A stretch of DNA of 64,000 nucleotides from an uncultured Gemmatimonadaceae bacterium. Lineage in GTDB: Bacteria > Gemmatimonadota > Gemmatimonadetes > Gemmatimonadales > Gemmatimonadaceae. A program made the translations under genes and the position numbers. The stretch is taken from contig CAWFQK010000007.1 of the NCBI GenBank assembly GCA_963817955.1, forward strand, positions 1 through 64,000. The letters run 5' to 3'. This document shows positions 37,207 through 45,875 of this stretch, piece after piece. Each line of letters begins with the position of its first letter. The stretch's first letter is position 1. The notes below the pieces were generated by a model. The model did not search any database. It was not told the DNA's origin and saw only the letters and a program-made list of their open reading frames with translations.

Positions 37207-37719
37207 ATGGCCATGCTTGCTCGACTCCGTAGGGACCTGGTCGCAGCAGCCGTCCTCGCTGGCCTGGCGAGCTGTTCGCGCATGCAAGGTCGGATTCCGA
37301 TAGCGCCTGTTGCCAGTCCGCCGCCAGCGCCGGTTGCCGGCCCACCCTCGACGTTCGTTCCCACGACGTCGGACGTGAAGTCGACACGAATAATCGATTT
37401 GCGCGATGGCATTACCAAAGCGATGGCCTTTCGTGCCGCGACCGATGTCCTATCGCAGCGCAACTCTGTGGACGTCAGCGATCAGCACGCCGGATTCCTG
37501 ATGACGCCGTGGCAGGCGAGCTCCGTCGTAGGGGGCGCACCCGACCTGCGCTATCGTACCCGCGTGGTCGTGCGCTTCCTTGGTGACGAGTGGAAGCAGG
37601 TGTCCATTCGCGTCGAGGCCAATTGGCAGCGTGCCGTTGATCAGTGGGACATTGGTTACGACACCAAGATCCTGCAAGACCTGACGAACGATCTGACGGC
37701 GAAGATCGGCAAGAAATGA
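37207..37719 (+). CDS. Hypothetical lipoprotein
   Basis: Lipobox LAS-C, Pro-rich linker, globular C-terminus. Confidence 0.7.
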   Translation: MAMLARLRRDLVAAAVLAGLASCSRMQGRIPIAPVASPPPAPVAGPPSTFVPTTSDVKSTRIIDLRDGITKAMAFRAATDVLSQRNSVDVSDQHAGFLMTPWQASSVVGGAPDLRYRTRVVVRFLGDEWKQVSIRVEANWQRAVDQWDIGYDTKILQDLTNDLTAKIGKK

Positions 37720-37743
37720 TCGTTCACCACCAGCGCGTCCTTC

Positions 37744-39588
37744 CTATTGCGGCGCCTTCAGGTCCATGATGATCCAGCCATCGCCGCGGTGCTCCAATGC
37801 CGCCCGATACCGCAGCACAGTAGTTTCGCGCTGCTTGGAATTGCGCCGCACGTAGCTCAGGTGCAACGTGAACGGCATCTCCGCGCGATTGCCGGAAACG
37901 GCGGCGTTTCCGAAAACGGCCTTCGAGCGTATGCTCTCCATGGCGCCAAACAACTGTTCGAACCACGCCCGTTGTGCGTCGGCGATGGTCGGATAGGCAT
38001 CGACGACTGACGCAATGCTTCCGCTCTCCGCTGCCATCGCGAAGCGCTCGAGCGGTTTGCGCGCAGCGAGTTCCTCCGGCGGCGTAGCCACTGGCTTTGG
38101 CCGAAGCGTGCTCGAGTCAACTCTTGGCAACGTAGCGGCTGAGGTGACGTGTAACGATTCAGAGGCAAAGACTGGCGCCGCTGGCGACTTCGATCGCATG
38201 CTGTCCGAGCTGCGTAGAGTCTGAGCGGGTTCGCGGCGCGACCACAGCATCAGCCCGCCCAGCAATAGTGCCGAGCCGATTGCCGTCCCGCCGACGATGC
38301 GCATGATGCTCCCGCGCCTCCGGCGCAGCGGCAGGGTCGGTTGCATTGACGGGTCAGCGGCGGGTCCGACCACCGTTGGCGCGCTCCGCGGCGTCAGCGT
38401 GGAATACTGACGCAGAGGGACCGACGACGGCTCCCAGCCGCCAAGTGCCAGCGCGGGATCGAGCATGTCGCTCGCCTCCGCGGCGCTGGCAAGGCGATCA
38501 GCCGGCGAGCGCGCGAGCATGTGCATGATGAGCGTGTCGAGGCGGCGCGGCAAATTCGGCAGCACGTCGCGTACGTGCGGCGGCGTCTCGTGCAGTCGGC
38601 GTCTGATCATCTGCTCGCGCGAGTCGGCGGCAAATGGCTGTACGCCGGTGAGCATTTGATAGAGAATGCAGCCGAGGCTGTAGATGTCGGCGCGCGCATC
38701 GACGGGATCACCGAGCAGCTGCTCGGGGCTCATGTATTCCGGTGTGCCGATCACCAGGCCGCTGCGCGTGAGCGCGTCCTTCGGTGATTCGGACACCGCT
38801 TTTGCAATGCCGAAGTCCACGACCTTCGGCGTTTCCTTTCCCAAGCGGGTCTGCGCGACGATCACGTTATCCGGCTTGAGGTCTCGGTGTACGATGCCCA
38901 ACTCGTGCGCGGCCGAGAGTCCGTCAGCGATCTGGCGCGCGAGGTCGATGGCGCGCCGCGGATCCAGTGCGCCCTCGCGCTTGAGTATCGACGCCAGCGA
39001 ATCTCCGTCGACGTACTCCATGACGAGATACACGATCTTGTCCGCATCGCCGTAGTCGAAGACGGCAGCGACATTCGGATGAAGAATGCGTGCAGCGCTC
39101 GATGCCTCACGCGCGAACCGCGTCGATGACTCCGCGTCGTTGACGAGCGACGGATTCATCACCTTGATCGCGCATTGCCGCGTCATCTTCACATGCTCGG
39201 CGAGATAGACGCGGCCCATGCCGCCTTCGCCGATGCGCGCCAGAATCAGGTAACGGTCGGCGATGACGCGACCGATGAGTGCATCGCCCACCGTCTTGGG
39301 ACGCAGCGGTGAGCCGTCCTTGGGACAGAATCGGTCGCTGGTTTCATACTCGCTGCCACATTGCGGGCACACCTTCGCGATCGCGACCGTCTCGTCTGCC
39401 GCGGGGGTTGGCTGCTGCGCGAGTAGTCCGGAGCCAATACTCGTCCGCAGCCCGACCGTTGATGGCACGTCCTTGTCCCGATGCGCGCCTGCGACGCCTG
39501 CCGAGTTCGCTTCCGTTGCGCTCACGTCGTCGGAAGGGACGGTCTTGTCGCCCGGGACGTCTGAATCGCTGGGGTTGCGGTTGGGCAT
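37744..39588 (-). CDS. Hanks-type Ser/Thr protein kinase with N-terminal zinc ribbon and one TM helix
   Basis: CPQC..CPKD; GEGGMG, AIK, HRDLKPDN, DFG, GTPEYMSPE; start uncertain. Confidence 0.93.
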   Translation of the reverse strand: MPNRNPSDSDVPGDKTVPSDDVSATEANSAGVAGAHRDKDVPSTVGLRTSIGSGLLAQQPTPAADETVAIAKVCPQCGSEYETSDRFCPKDGSPLRPKTVGDALIGRVIADRYLILARIGEGGMGRVYLAEHVKMTRQCAIKVMNPSLVNDAESSTRFAREASSAARILHPNVAAVFDYGDADKIVYLVMEYVDGDSLASILKREGALDPRRAIDLARQIADGLSAAHELGIVHRDLKPDNVIVAQTRLGKETPKVVDFGIAKAVSESPKDALTRSGLVIGTPEYMSPEQLLGDPVDARADIYSLGCILYQMLTGVQPFAADSREQMIRRRLHETPPHVRDVLPNLPRRLDTLIMHMLARSPADRLASAAEASDMLDPALALGGWEPSSVPLRQYSTLTPRSAPTVVGPAADPSMQPTLPLRRRRGSIMRIVGGTAIGSALLLGGLMLWSRREPAQTLRSSDSMRSKSPAAPVFASESLHVTSAATLPRVDSSTLRPKPVATPPEELAARKPLERFAMAAESGSIASVVDAYPTIADAQRAWFEQLFGAMESIRSKAVFGNAAVSGNRAEMPFTLHLSYVRRNSKQRETTVLRYRAALEHRGDGWIIMDLKAPQ

Positions 39589-39683
39589 CGATGAAGGTGT
39601 GTCAGCCAAGTGTATGCCTGGACGGCGACGATCGCTACCGCCCGCGCATGGAATGGTCCCGATCCTGCCCGGAAATTCGGGCC

Positions 39684-41576
39684 ATGCTCCCTCGCCAGCC
39701 GACAATCTCCCCCTCGACAAGGCGCAGACTTCCAATTGGCGCCGAGGTCGTGCGCCAGGACGGCGGACCGATCGGCGTACATGCGCGGATCTGGGCTCTC
39801 GACCATCGAACGGTCGAACTCGTCACTGACGACGCCAGCTACCCCCTGGCTCCAGAAGGAAACGGGTACTTCAACGGATTCGCGCCAGGGATCGGCGCGG
39901 GAACGCTGTATCGCATTCGGCTGGATGGTGGTGAGTCATACCCCGATCCCGCCTCGAGATTCCAACCCGATGGGCCGCACGGTCCATCCATGATCGTCGA
40001 TCCATCGGGGTTTGCCTGGACGGACAAGGACTGGCGTGGCGTGACCATGGACGGCCAGGTGCTCTATGAACTGCATGTCGGCACGTTCACCCAAGCTGGC
40101 ACCTTCTGCTCCGCGATCGAGCACATGCGTGATCTGGCGGACATCGGTGTAACGACTGTCGAGCTCATGCCCGTCGCCGATTTTGCCGGCACATTCGGGT
40201 GGGGATACGACGGCGTCAACCTGTTCGCACCGTCGCGACTGTATGGATTGCCGAACGACTTTCGCGCCTTCGTCGACGCAGCCCACCGATTGGAACTCGG
40301 CGTCATTCTCGACGTCGTGTACAACCATTTTGGTCCGGACGGGAACTATATCACTGCCTTTTCAAAACGATACCTCAGCGGAATGCCAACCGAGTGGGGC
40401 GACGCGATCAACTTCGACGGAGACCACTCGGCGCCCGTCCGCGAGTTCATTCTCTCCAACGCACGCTACTGGATCGACGAGTTTCACCTCGACGGACTGC
40501 GACTGGATGCGACACAGCAAATCTTCGATACGTCGACGCCGCACATCGTCAATGAAATCTGCAGCGCGGTGGCGCAGGCCGCGGGCGAACGCCAGGCGAT
40601 CGTAGTCGCGGAGAACGAGCCGCAGCAGGCGGAGTTCCTGCGCAAACCTCGGACGGAGCAGCGGTCACTCGATGCCTTGTGGAATGATGACTTTCATCAT
40701 TCGGCGCGCGTCGCGGCCACTGGCCGAAGCGAGGCATACCTCAGCGGGTACCGCGGCTCGGCCCAGGAGTTCGTATCCGCAGCGAAGTACGGATTTCTGT
40801 ATCAGGGCGAGTGGTACCAGTGGCAGAACAAGCGGCGCGGTACGCCGGCGCTGGATCTGTCGCCCTGCCACTTCGTAATCTTCACGCAGAACCACGATCA
40901 GGTCGCGAACGGCGCTACCGGTGAGCGCCTGCATCACCAAACGAGTCGAGGACGATATCGCGCGTTGACGGCGCTGCTGCTCCTCCTTCCGCAGACGCCA
41001 ATGCTCTTTCAGGGACAGGAGTTCGCGGCATCGGCTCCTTTCCTGTACTTCGCCGACCATGAGCCGGATCTGGCAGCGAAGGTACGACAGGGGCGCGCCG
41101 AGTTCGCCTCGCAATTCCCGAGTATCGCATCGGCGGAAGGCATGCGACGACTCCATGATCCCGGCGATCCAGCGGCATTCTTGCGATGCAAGCTCGATTG
41201 GACGGAACGGCAGAACAACACGGACGTGGTGCGGCTGCACAAGGACCTGCTCCGCCTGCGTCATGAGGATCCTGTACTGCGCGCGCAGCGGTTGCGCGGC
41301 CTGGATGGAGCAGTGATCAATGATCGGGCGTTCGTGCTGCGGTACTTCGGCATGACCGACGGAGACCGGTTGTTCGTCGTCAACCTCGGCGCGCGCATCG
41401 ATTGTCATCCATTGGCCGAACCACTCATCGCGCCGCCGGCCGAGCACAGATGGAAGGTGCTCTTGTCCACCGAATCTCCGGAATACGGCGGGTGGGGAAC
41501 GCCGGACATCGACCGCGTCGACGGCGAATGGGCTGTTCCCGCTGAGTCGGCGGTCTTCTTCATTGCCGAACCATGA
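39684..41576 (+). CDS. treZ: Malto-oligosyltrehalose trehalohydrolase (GH13)
   Basis: PDPASRFQPDGPHG, YELHVGTF, WGYDGV, DVVYNH, LRLDAT, WNDDFHH, QNHDQV; start uncertain. Confidence 0.9.
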   Translation: MLPRQPTISPSTRRRLPIGAEVVRQDGGPIGVHARIWALDHRTVELVTDDASYPLAPEGNGYFNGFAPGIGAGTLYRIRLDGGESYPDPASRFQPDGPHGPSMIVDPSGFAWTDKDWRGVTMDGQVLYELHVGTFTQAGTFCSAIEHMRDLADIGVTTVELMPVADFAGTFGWGYDGVNLFAPSRLYGLPNDFRAFVDAAHRLELGVILDVVYNHFGPDGNYITAFSKRYLSGMPTEWGDAINFDGDHSAPVREFILSNARYWIDEFHLDGLRLDATQQIFDTSTPHIVNEICSAVAQAAGERQAIVVAENEPQQAEFLRKPRTEQRSLDALWNDDFHHSARVAATGRSEAYLSGYRGSAQEFVSAAKYGFLYQGEWYQWQNKRRGTPALDLSPCHFVIFTQNHDQVANGATGERLHHQTSRGRYRALTALLLLLPQTPMLFQGQEFAASAPFLYFADHEPDLAAKVRQGRAEFASQFPSIASAEGMRRLHDPGDPAAFLRCKLDWTERQNNTDVVRLHKDLLRLRHEDPVLRAQRLRGLDGAVINDRAFVLRYFGMTDGDRLFVVNLGARIDCHPLAEPLIAPPAEHRWKVLLSTESPEYGGWGTPDIDRVDGEWAVPAESAVFFIAEP

Positions 41577-43651
41577 CACGACGACTGCTCGACCGCGTCA
41601 CGCGACGACTGGAGCTTCCGAAGGAGCGTGAAGCACGTGCCGCGCGTCTGCTCGAGACCGAGTGGATCGTGACCAACGGACTCGGCGGGTACGCGTCCTC
41701 GACGATGGGCGGCGTGATCACGCGCCGCTATCACGGCCTGCTCGTTGCGGCGCTGCCCAACCCGCTGGGCCGTACCGTGATGCTCAATCACGTCGGGGAG
41801 CGGCTCGTGCTCGACGGACGCAGCACCTATCTCAACAATGAGGAACGCGTTGCGGGGCGGATCGATCCGGCAGTGGCCGATCACGTGAGCGACGTACGGC
41901 TCGAGGCGGGGCTGCCTGTGTGGGAGTATGCGTGGGAAGGCATCCGCTTGGAAAAACGCGTGCTCATGCCGCACCGCCAGAACACGGTCTACATGAGTTA
42001 TCGCTTGTTGGACGGACCGCGGGGCGTGAGCCTCGAGCTTCACCCTGCCGTGCATTTCCGCGGCTATGAAGACCCCGTGGGGAGTATGGCCGACTCACCG
42101 GTCGCAAAGCGGTATGCCATCGCGAGTTCTGGTGATGTGCACGTCATCTCGATCGACGCCGATCTTCCGCCGCTCCGGATACGGATCACTGGCGCGACTC
42201 CTCCGCGGTTCGTGGCGGACGGGCGTGTGACGAGTGAGTTCCTGTATCCGGCGGAAGAGGGCCGCGGATATGAGTTCCGCGGCACCCTATGGACGCCGGG
42301 CCATTTCCTGGTCGAGCTGAGCAGCGAACGACCCGTGACGCTGGTTGCGTCGGTCGAAGCGGAAGACGTGATGCTGGCGTTGTCACCCGAAGATCTCGCG
42401 GCGTGCGAACAGGAACGCCGCCGCCGTCTTCTGGCGACGGCGGCGCCGCACCTTCAAGAGGAAACCGGTGCCGAGCTGGTGCTCGCGGCGGATCAGTTCA
42501 TCATCTCGCCGGCTGGGCGCGTGGCCGATGCCACGCGCGCCGCGGCGATGGGGAACGAGATCCGCACCGTGATCGCCGGTTACCACTGGTTCACCGACTG
42601 GGGTCGCGACACGATGATCAGCCTCGAGGGTCTGACGCTGGTCACGGGGCGCGAACGCGAAGCGGAATTCATCCTGCGGACGTTCGCGCATTACGTGCAG
42701 CACGGCCTACTCCCGAACATGTTCCCGGATGGCAGTAACGAAGGACTCTATCACACCGCCGACGCCTCGCTGTGGTTCTTCCACGCCGTCGAGGCGTACG
42801 TGCGTCGCACGGGTGATGAGGTCATGCTCATGCACCTGCTGCCCGTGATGATCGACATCGCCGACGCGCACATCGCCGGTACGAAGTTCGGCATCGGTGT
42901 GGACCCGACAGACGGCCTGTTGCGACAGGGCGCCGAGGGCTATCAGCTCACCTGGATGGATGCGAAGGTGAACGGGTGGGTCGTCACGCCGCGTCGCGGC
43001 AAGGCGGTCGAGATCAACGCGCTCTGGTACAATGCCCTCCGGCTGCTCGAAGGCTGGCTGACGGCGGTACGCGGTGACGGCGCGGCGGCGACGATTCGAG
43101 CACGCGCCGAACAAGTGTATGAATCTTTCAACAAGCGTTTCTGGATTGCCGACCGTGGGTATCTCTACGACGTGGTAGACGGTGAGGACGGTGACAGCGC
43201 CCTCTGTCGGCCGAACCAGCTCTTCGCGATTTCGTTGGATCATCCGGTCCTCGAGCGGGCGCGATGGGAACCCGTGATGGACGTCGTGCAGCGGCGCTTG
43301 CTCACGCCGGTCGGGCTGCGATCGCTCGCGCCCGGAGAGACGGACTACAAGCCGCGCTACTTTGGCGATCTACGCTCCCGCGACGCCGCGTATCACCAGG
43401 GTACAGTGTGGGCGTGGCTGATCGGTCCCTGGGTCGATGCATGGCTCAAACTGCACCCGGATGACCGCGCCGGCGCACGCCGTTTTCTCGATGGCATGGT
43501 CGCGGCCCTCGGCGAGTTCGGGCTGGGCACGATTGGCGAGGTCTTCGACGCCGAGTCTCCGTACACCCCCCGTGGCTGTATCGCGCAGGCGTGGAGCGTG
43601 GCGGAGGCGCTGCGCTGCTGGGCGAAGACCGCCAGTAATACCGCTACTTGA
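41573..43651 (+). CDS. Amylo-alpha-1,6-glucosidase (glycogen debranching enzyme)
   Basis: EWIVTNGLGGYAS, AGYHWFTDWGRD, LTWMDAK, RPNQ, YHQGTVW, AQAWS. Confidence 0.93.
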   Translation: MTRRLLDRVTRRLELPKEREARAARLLETEWIVTNGLGGYASSTMGGVITRRYHGLLVAALPNPLGRTVMLNHVGERLVLDGRSTYLNNEERVAGRIDPAVADHVSDVRLEAGLPVWEYAWEGIRLEKRVLMPHRQNTVYMSYRLLDGPRGVSLELHPAVHFRGYEDPVGSMADSPVAKRYAIASSGDVHVISIDADLPPLRIRITGATPPRFVADGRVTSEFLYPAEEGRGYEFRGTLWTPGHFLVELSSERPVTLVASVEAEDVMLALSPEDLAACEQERRRRLLATAAPHLQEETGAELVLAADQFIISPAGRVADATRAAAMGNEIRTVIAGYHWFTDWGRDTMISLEGLTLVTGREREAEFILRTFAHYVQHGLLPNMFPDGSNEGLYHTADASLWFFHAVEAYVRRTGDEVMLMHLLPVMIDIADAHIAGTKFGIGVDPTDGLLRQGAEGYQLTWMDAKVNGWVVTPRRGKAVEINALWYNALRLLEGWLTAVRGDGAAATIRARAEQVYESFNKRFWIADRGYLYDVVDGEDGDSALCRPNQLFAISLDHPVLERARWEPVMDVVQRRLLTPVGLRSLAPGETDYKPRYFGDLRSRDAAYHQGTVWAWLIGPWVDAWLKLHPDDRAGARRFLDGMVAALGEFGLGTIGEVFDAESPYTPRGCIAQAWSVAEALRCWAKTASNTAT

Positions 43652-43690
43652 TCACACGCAGGCGTTTCTCTTGACCGTTCACTAACGGAG

Positions 43691-45238
43691 ATGGACATGA
43701 CAGAACAGGCGCAGCTCACAGGTCCCGATCTGACCGCCGGTATCGACGCGGCCACCCTGCGTGAAGGGGATAAGCTTCTCGGGCACGCGAACGGCGAGGC
43801 CGTACTATTGGCGCGGGTGAATGGTGCGGTGATGGCCATCGGCGCCACATGCAGCCACTACGGCGGCCCGTTGGCTGACGGCGTGATCGCCGGCGACACG
43901 GTGCGATGCCCCTGGCACCACGCCTGTTTCAGCTTGCGCACGGGTGAGGCGTTACGTGCACCGGCGTTGTCTCCTGTCTCCTGTTGGAATATCGAGGAGC
44001 GCCGTGGAAAGATCGTCGTCGTCGGCAAAATCGATCGTGATCCGCTGGCGGGAACGTATCCCGAACACCTTCATGTGACGATGCCCGCGCACGTCGTGAT
44101 TGTTGGAGCCGGCGCGGCGGGATCGGCCGCTGCCGAAATGCTGCGGCGCTGCGCGTTCACCGGGCGCATTACGATGATCGACGATGATAGCGGCGCGCCC
44201 TACGACCGACCGAATCTCTCCAAGGACTATCTCGCCGGGAACGCTCCGGAGGATTGGATTCCATTGCGGCCTGAAGGATTCTACGCCAAGCATGGCGTGG
44301 AGCTCGTCCGCGACAGAGTCTCACGCCTCGACGTACAGCGGAAGCAGCTCGAGACGACGAGTGGCCAGCACCTGTCGTACGATGCGCTGCTCCTCGCCAC
44401 TGGCGCCGAGCCGGTCCATCTCAAATTGAACGGCGACGACCAGCCCCACGTGCACTATCTGCGGTCGCTCGCCGACAGTCGCACGATCATCGCCGCCGCC
44501 AAAGAGGCCAAGCGAGCGGTGGTGGTGGGCGGGAGCTTCATTGGGCTCGAGGTTGCCGCGTCACTGCGCGCGCGCGACGTCGAGGTGCACGTCGTAGCGC
44601 CCGAGAAGGTGCCGCTCGAGCGCATCGTCGGCGAGCAGCTCGGTGCGTTCATCCGGTCCCTGCACGAGAGCAAAGGCGTGCATTTCCATCTCGGACACAC
44701 GCCACAACGCATCGAAGCGGACGCCGTGGTGCTCGATGACGGATCGCGCCTCGCCGCGGACCTCGTCGTGATCGGTGTGGGCGTACGTCCGCGACTCCAA
44801 CTCGCCGAACAGGCGGGGCTGACGTTGGATCGTGGCGTGGTTGTGAACCAGTACCTCGAGACAAGCGTCCCCGGGATCTATGCAGCGGGCGACATCGCCC
44901 GTTGGCCCGATGCGCATAGCGGCGACAGCATCCGTGTCGAGCACTGGGTCGTGGCGCAGCGCCAGGGTCAGACGGCGGCTCGCAACATTCTTGGCGCGCG
45001 CGAGCGTTTCGATCAGGTGCCGTTCTTCTGGAGTGCGCATTACGACGTGACCATCAACTATGTCGGTCATGCCGAGAAGTGGGATTCGGTCCAGGTGGAC
45101 GGCTCCGCCGCACAGCGCGACGTGGCCGTGCGATTCGTGCGTGGCGGGAAGACGCTCGCATTGGCGACCATTGCCCGAGATGAGGAGAGTCTACGGGAAG
45201 AGCTGACGATGGAGGGCGTCAACGTGGGGCATGTCTAA
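43691..45238 (+). CDS. Rieske [2Fe-2S] + FAD/NAD oxidoreductase fusion (AIFM3-like)
   Basis: CSHYGG and CPWH Rieske motifs; GAGAAG, YDRPNLSK, GGSFIG, EHW. Confidence 0.93.
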   Translation: MDMTEQAQLTGPDLTAGIDAATLREGDKLLGHANGEAVLLARVNGAVMAIGATCSHYGGPLADGVIAGDTVRCPWHHACFSLRTGEALRAPALSPVSCWNIEERRGKIVVVGKIDRDPLAGTYPEHLHVTMPAHVVIVGAGAAGSAAAEMLRRCAFTGRITMIDDDSGAPYDRPNLSKDYLAGNAPEDWIPLRPEGFYAKHGVELVRDRVSRLDVQRKQLETTSGQHLSYDALLLATGAEPVHLKLNGDDQPHVHYLRSLADSRTIIAAAKEAKRAVVVGGSFIGLEVAASLRARDVEVHVVAPEKVPLERIVGEQLGAFIRSLHESKGVHFHLGHTPQRIEADAVVLDDGSRLAADLVVIGVGVRPRLQLAEQAGLTLDRGVVVNQYLETSVPGIYAAGDIARWPDAHSGDSIRVEHWVVAQRQGQTAARNILGARERFDQVPFFWSAHYDVTINYVGHAEKWDSVQVDGSAAQRDVAVRFVRGGKTLALATIARDEESLREELTMEGVNVGHV

Positions 45239-45242
45239 TGGT

Positions 45243-45281
45243 CACGGGACACGGGACACGGGACACGGGACAACGGGACAC
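45243..45281 (+). repeat. Tandem heptamer (CACGGGA)n
   Basis: About five units directly after the stop codon; inverted relatives at 45854-45875. Confidence 0.85.
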
Positions 45282-45287
45282 GCACAA

Positions 45288-45354
45288 CTCATCACTGGAA
45301 ACTCGAACCTCGCCGACCGGCGGCCCGACCGTTACGGAGCCGCCAGCGACATCC
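45288..45354 (-). repeat. Dispersed repeat R2, copy 3 (truncated)
   Basis: CTCATCACTGGAAACTCG...CCAGCGACATCC matches copies 1 and 2. Confidence 0.85.
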
Positions 45355-45433
45355 CGCTTAACGGACTGTTGAAATAGTGCTGGACAGGAGTCAGATCAGT
45401 TCGAGGGCCGGACGGCGTTTTCTAGCGCAGACG

Positions 45434-45806
45434 GCGCAACAGCCTTTTAACGCAGAGGACGCAGAGAACTGCAAGAGGTCGCAGAGAACTGCAAGCGAAC
45501 TGCAAGAGAACTGCAAGAGAACTGCAAAAGAGAACTGCAAAAGAGAACTGCAAAAGAGAACTGAAAAAGGAAACTGCAAAGAGAACTGTAATCGTACGGA
45601 AGAGGGAAGCGCGTATCGGTGGAATGAATCGTGATTGCCAAGTCCACAATCATTCCGCCTATCGTTGACGATCCCGACCTGGGCGATACCATCGGAGCGT
45701 CACGACGGCATCAGCCAAGACTTCCAGGCGAGACAATCCTTCGCGGTCCTCTGCAGTTCTCTGCGTTCTCCTGCAGTTCTCTGCGACCTCTGCGTTCAAA
45801 GGCTGG
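45434..45806 (-). mobile_element. MITE-like element R1, copy B (inverted relative to copy A)
   Basis: Imperfect terminal inverted repeats, about ten GAGAACTGCA-type units on the long arm, same ~150-bp core. Confidence 0.7.
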
Positions 45807-45820
45807 TCTATCGTTGACAG

Positions 45821-45875
45821 AGATCCTTCGCTTCGCTCAAGGATGACAGGCATCCCGTGTCGCCTGTCCCGTGTC
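45821..45875 (-). repeat. REP-like element plus heptamers (reverse of the 9203-9276 composite)
   Basis: AGATCCTTCGCTTCGCTCAAGGATGACAGGCATCCCGTGTC... Confidence 0.75.

Noticed and set aside
39684..43651. treZ without treY as a novel pathway
   Set aside because: treY may be elsewhere in the genome; treZ next to a debranching enzyme is unremarkable
45357..45377. TTAACGGACTGTTGAAATAG as an IS end truncating R2
   Set aside because: Only a vague resemblance; no partner end or transposase in the window
45461..45590. Possible CRISPR array in the GAGAACTGCA repeats (also 29880-30145)
   Set aside because: Units are 10-13 nt and directly tandem, with no unique spacers and no cas genes
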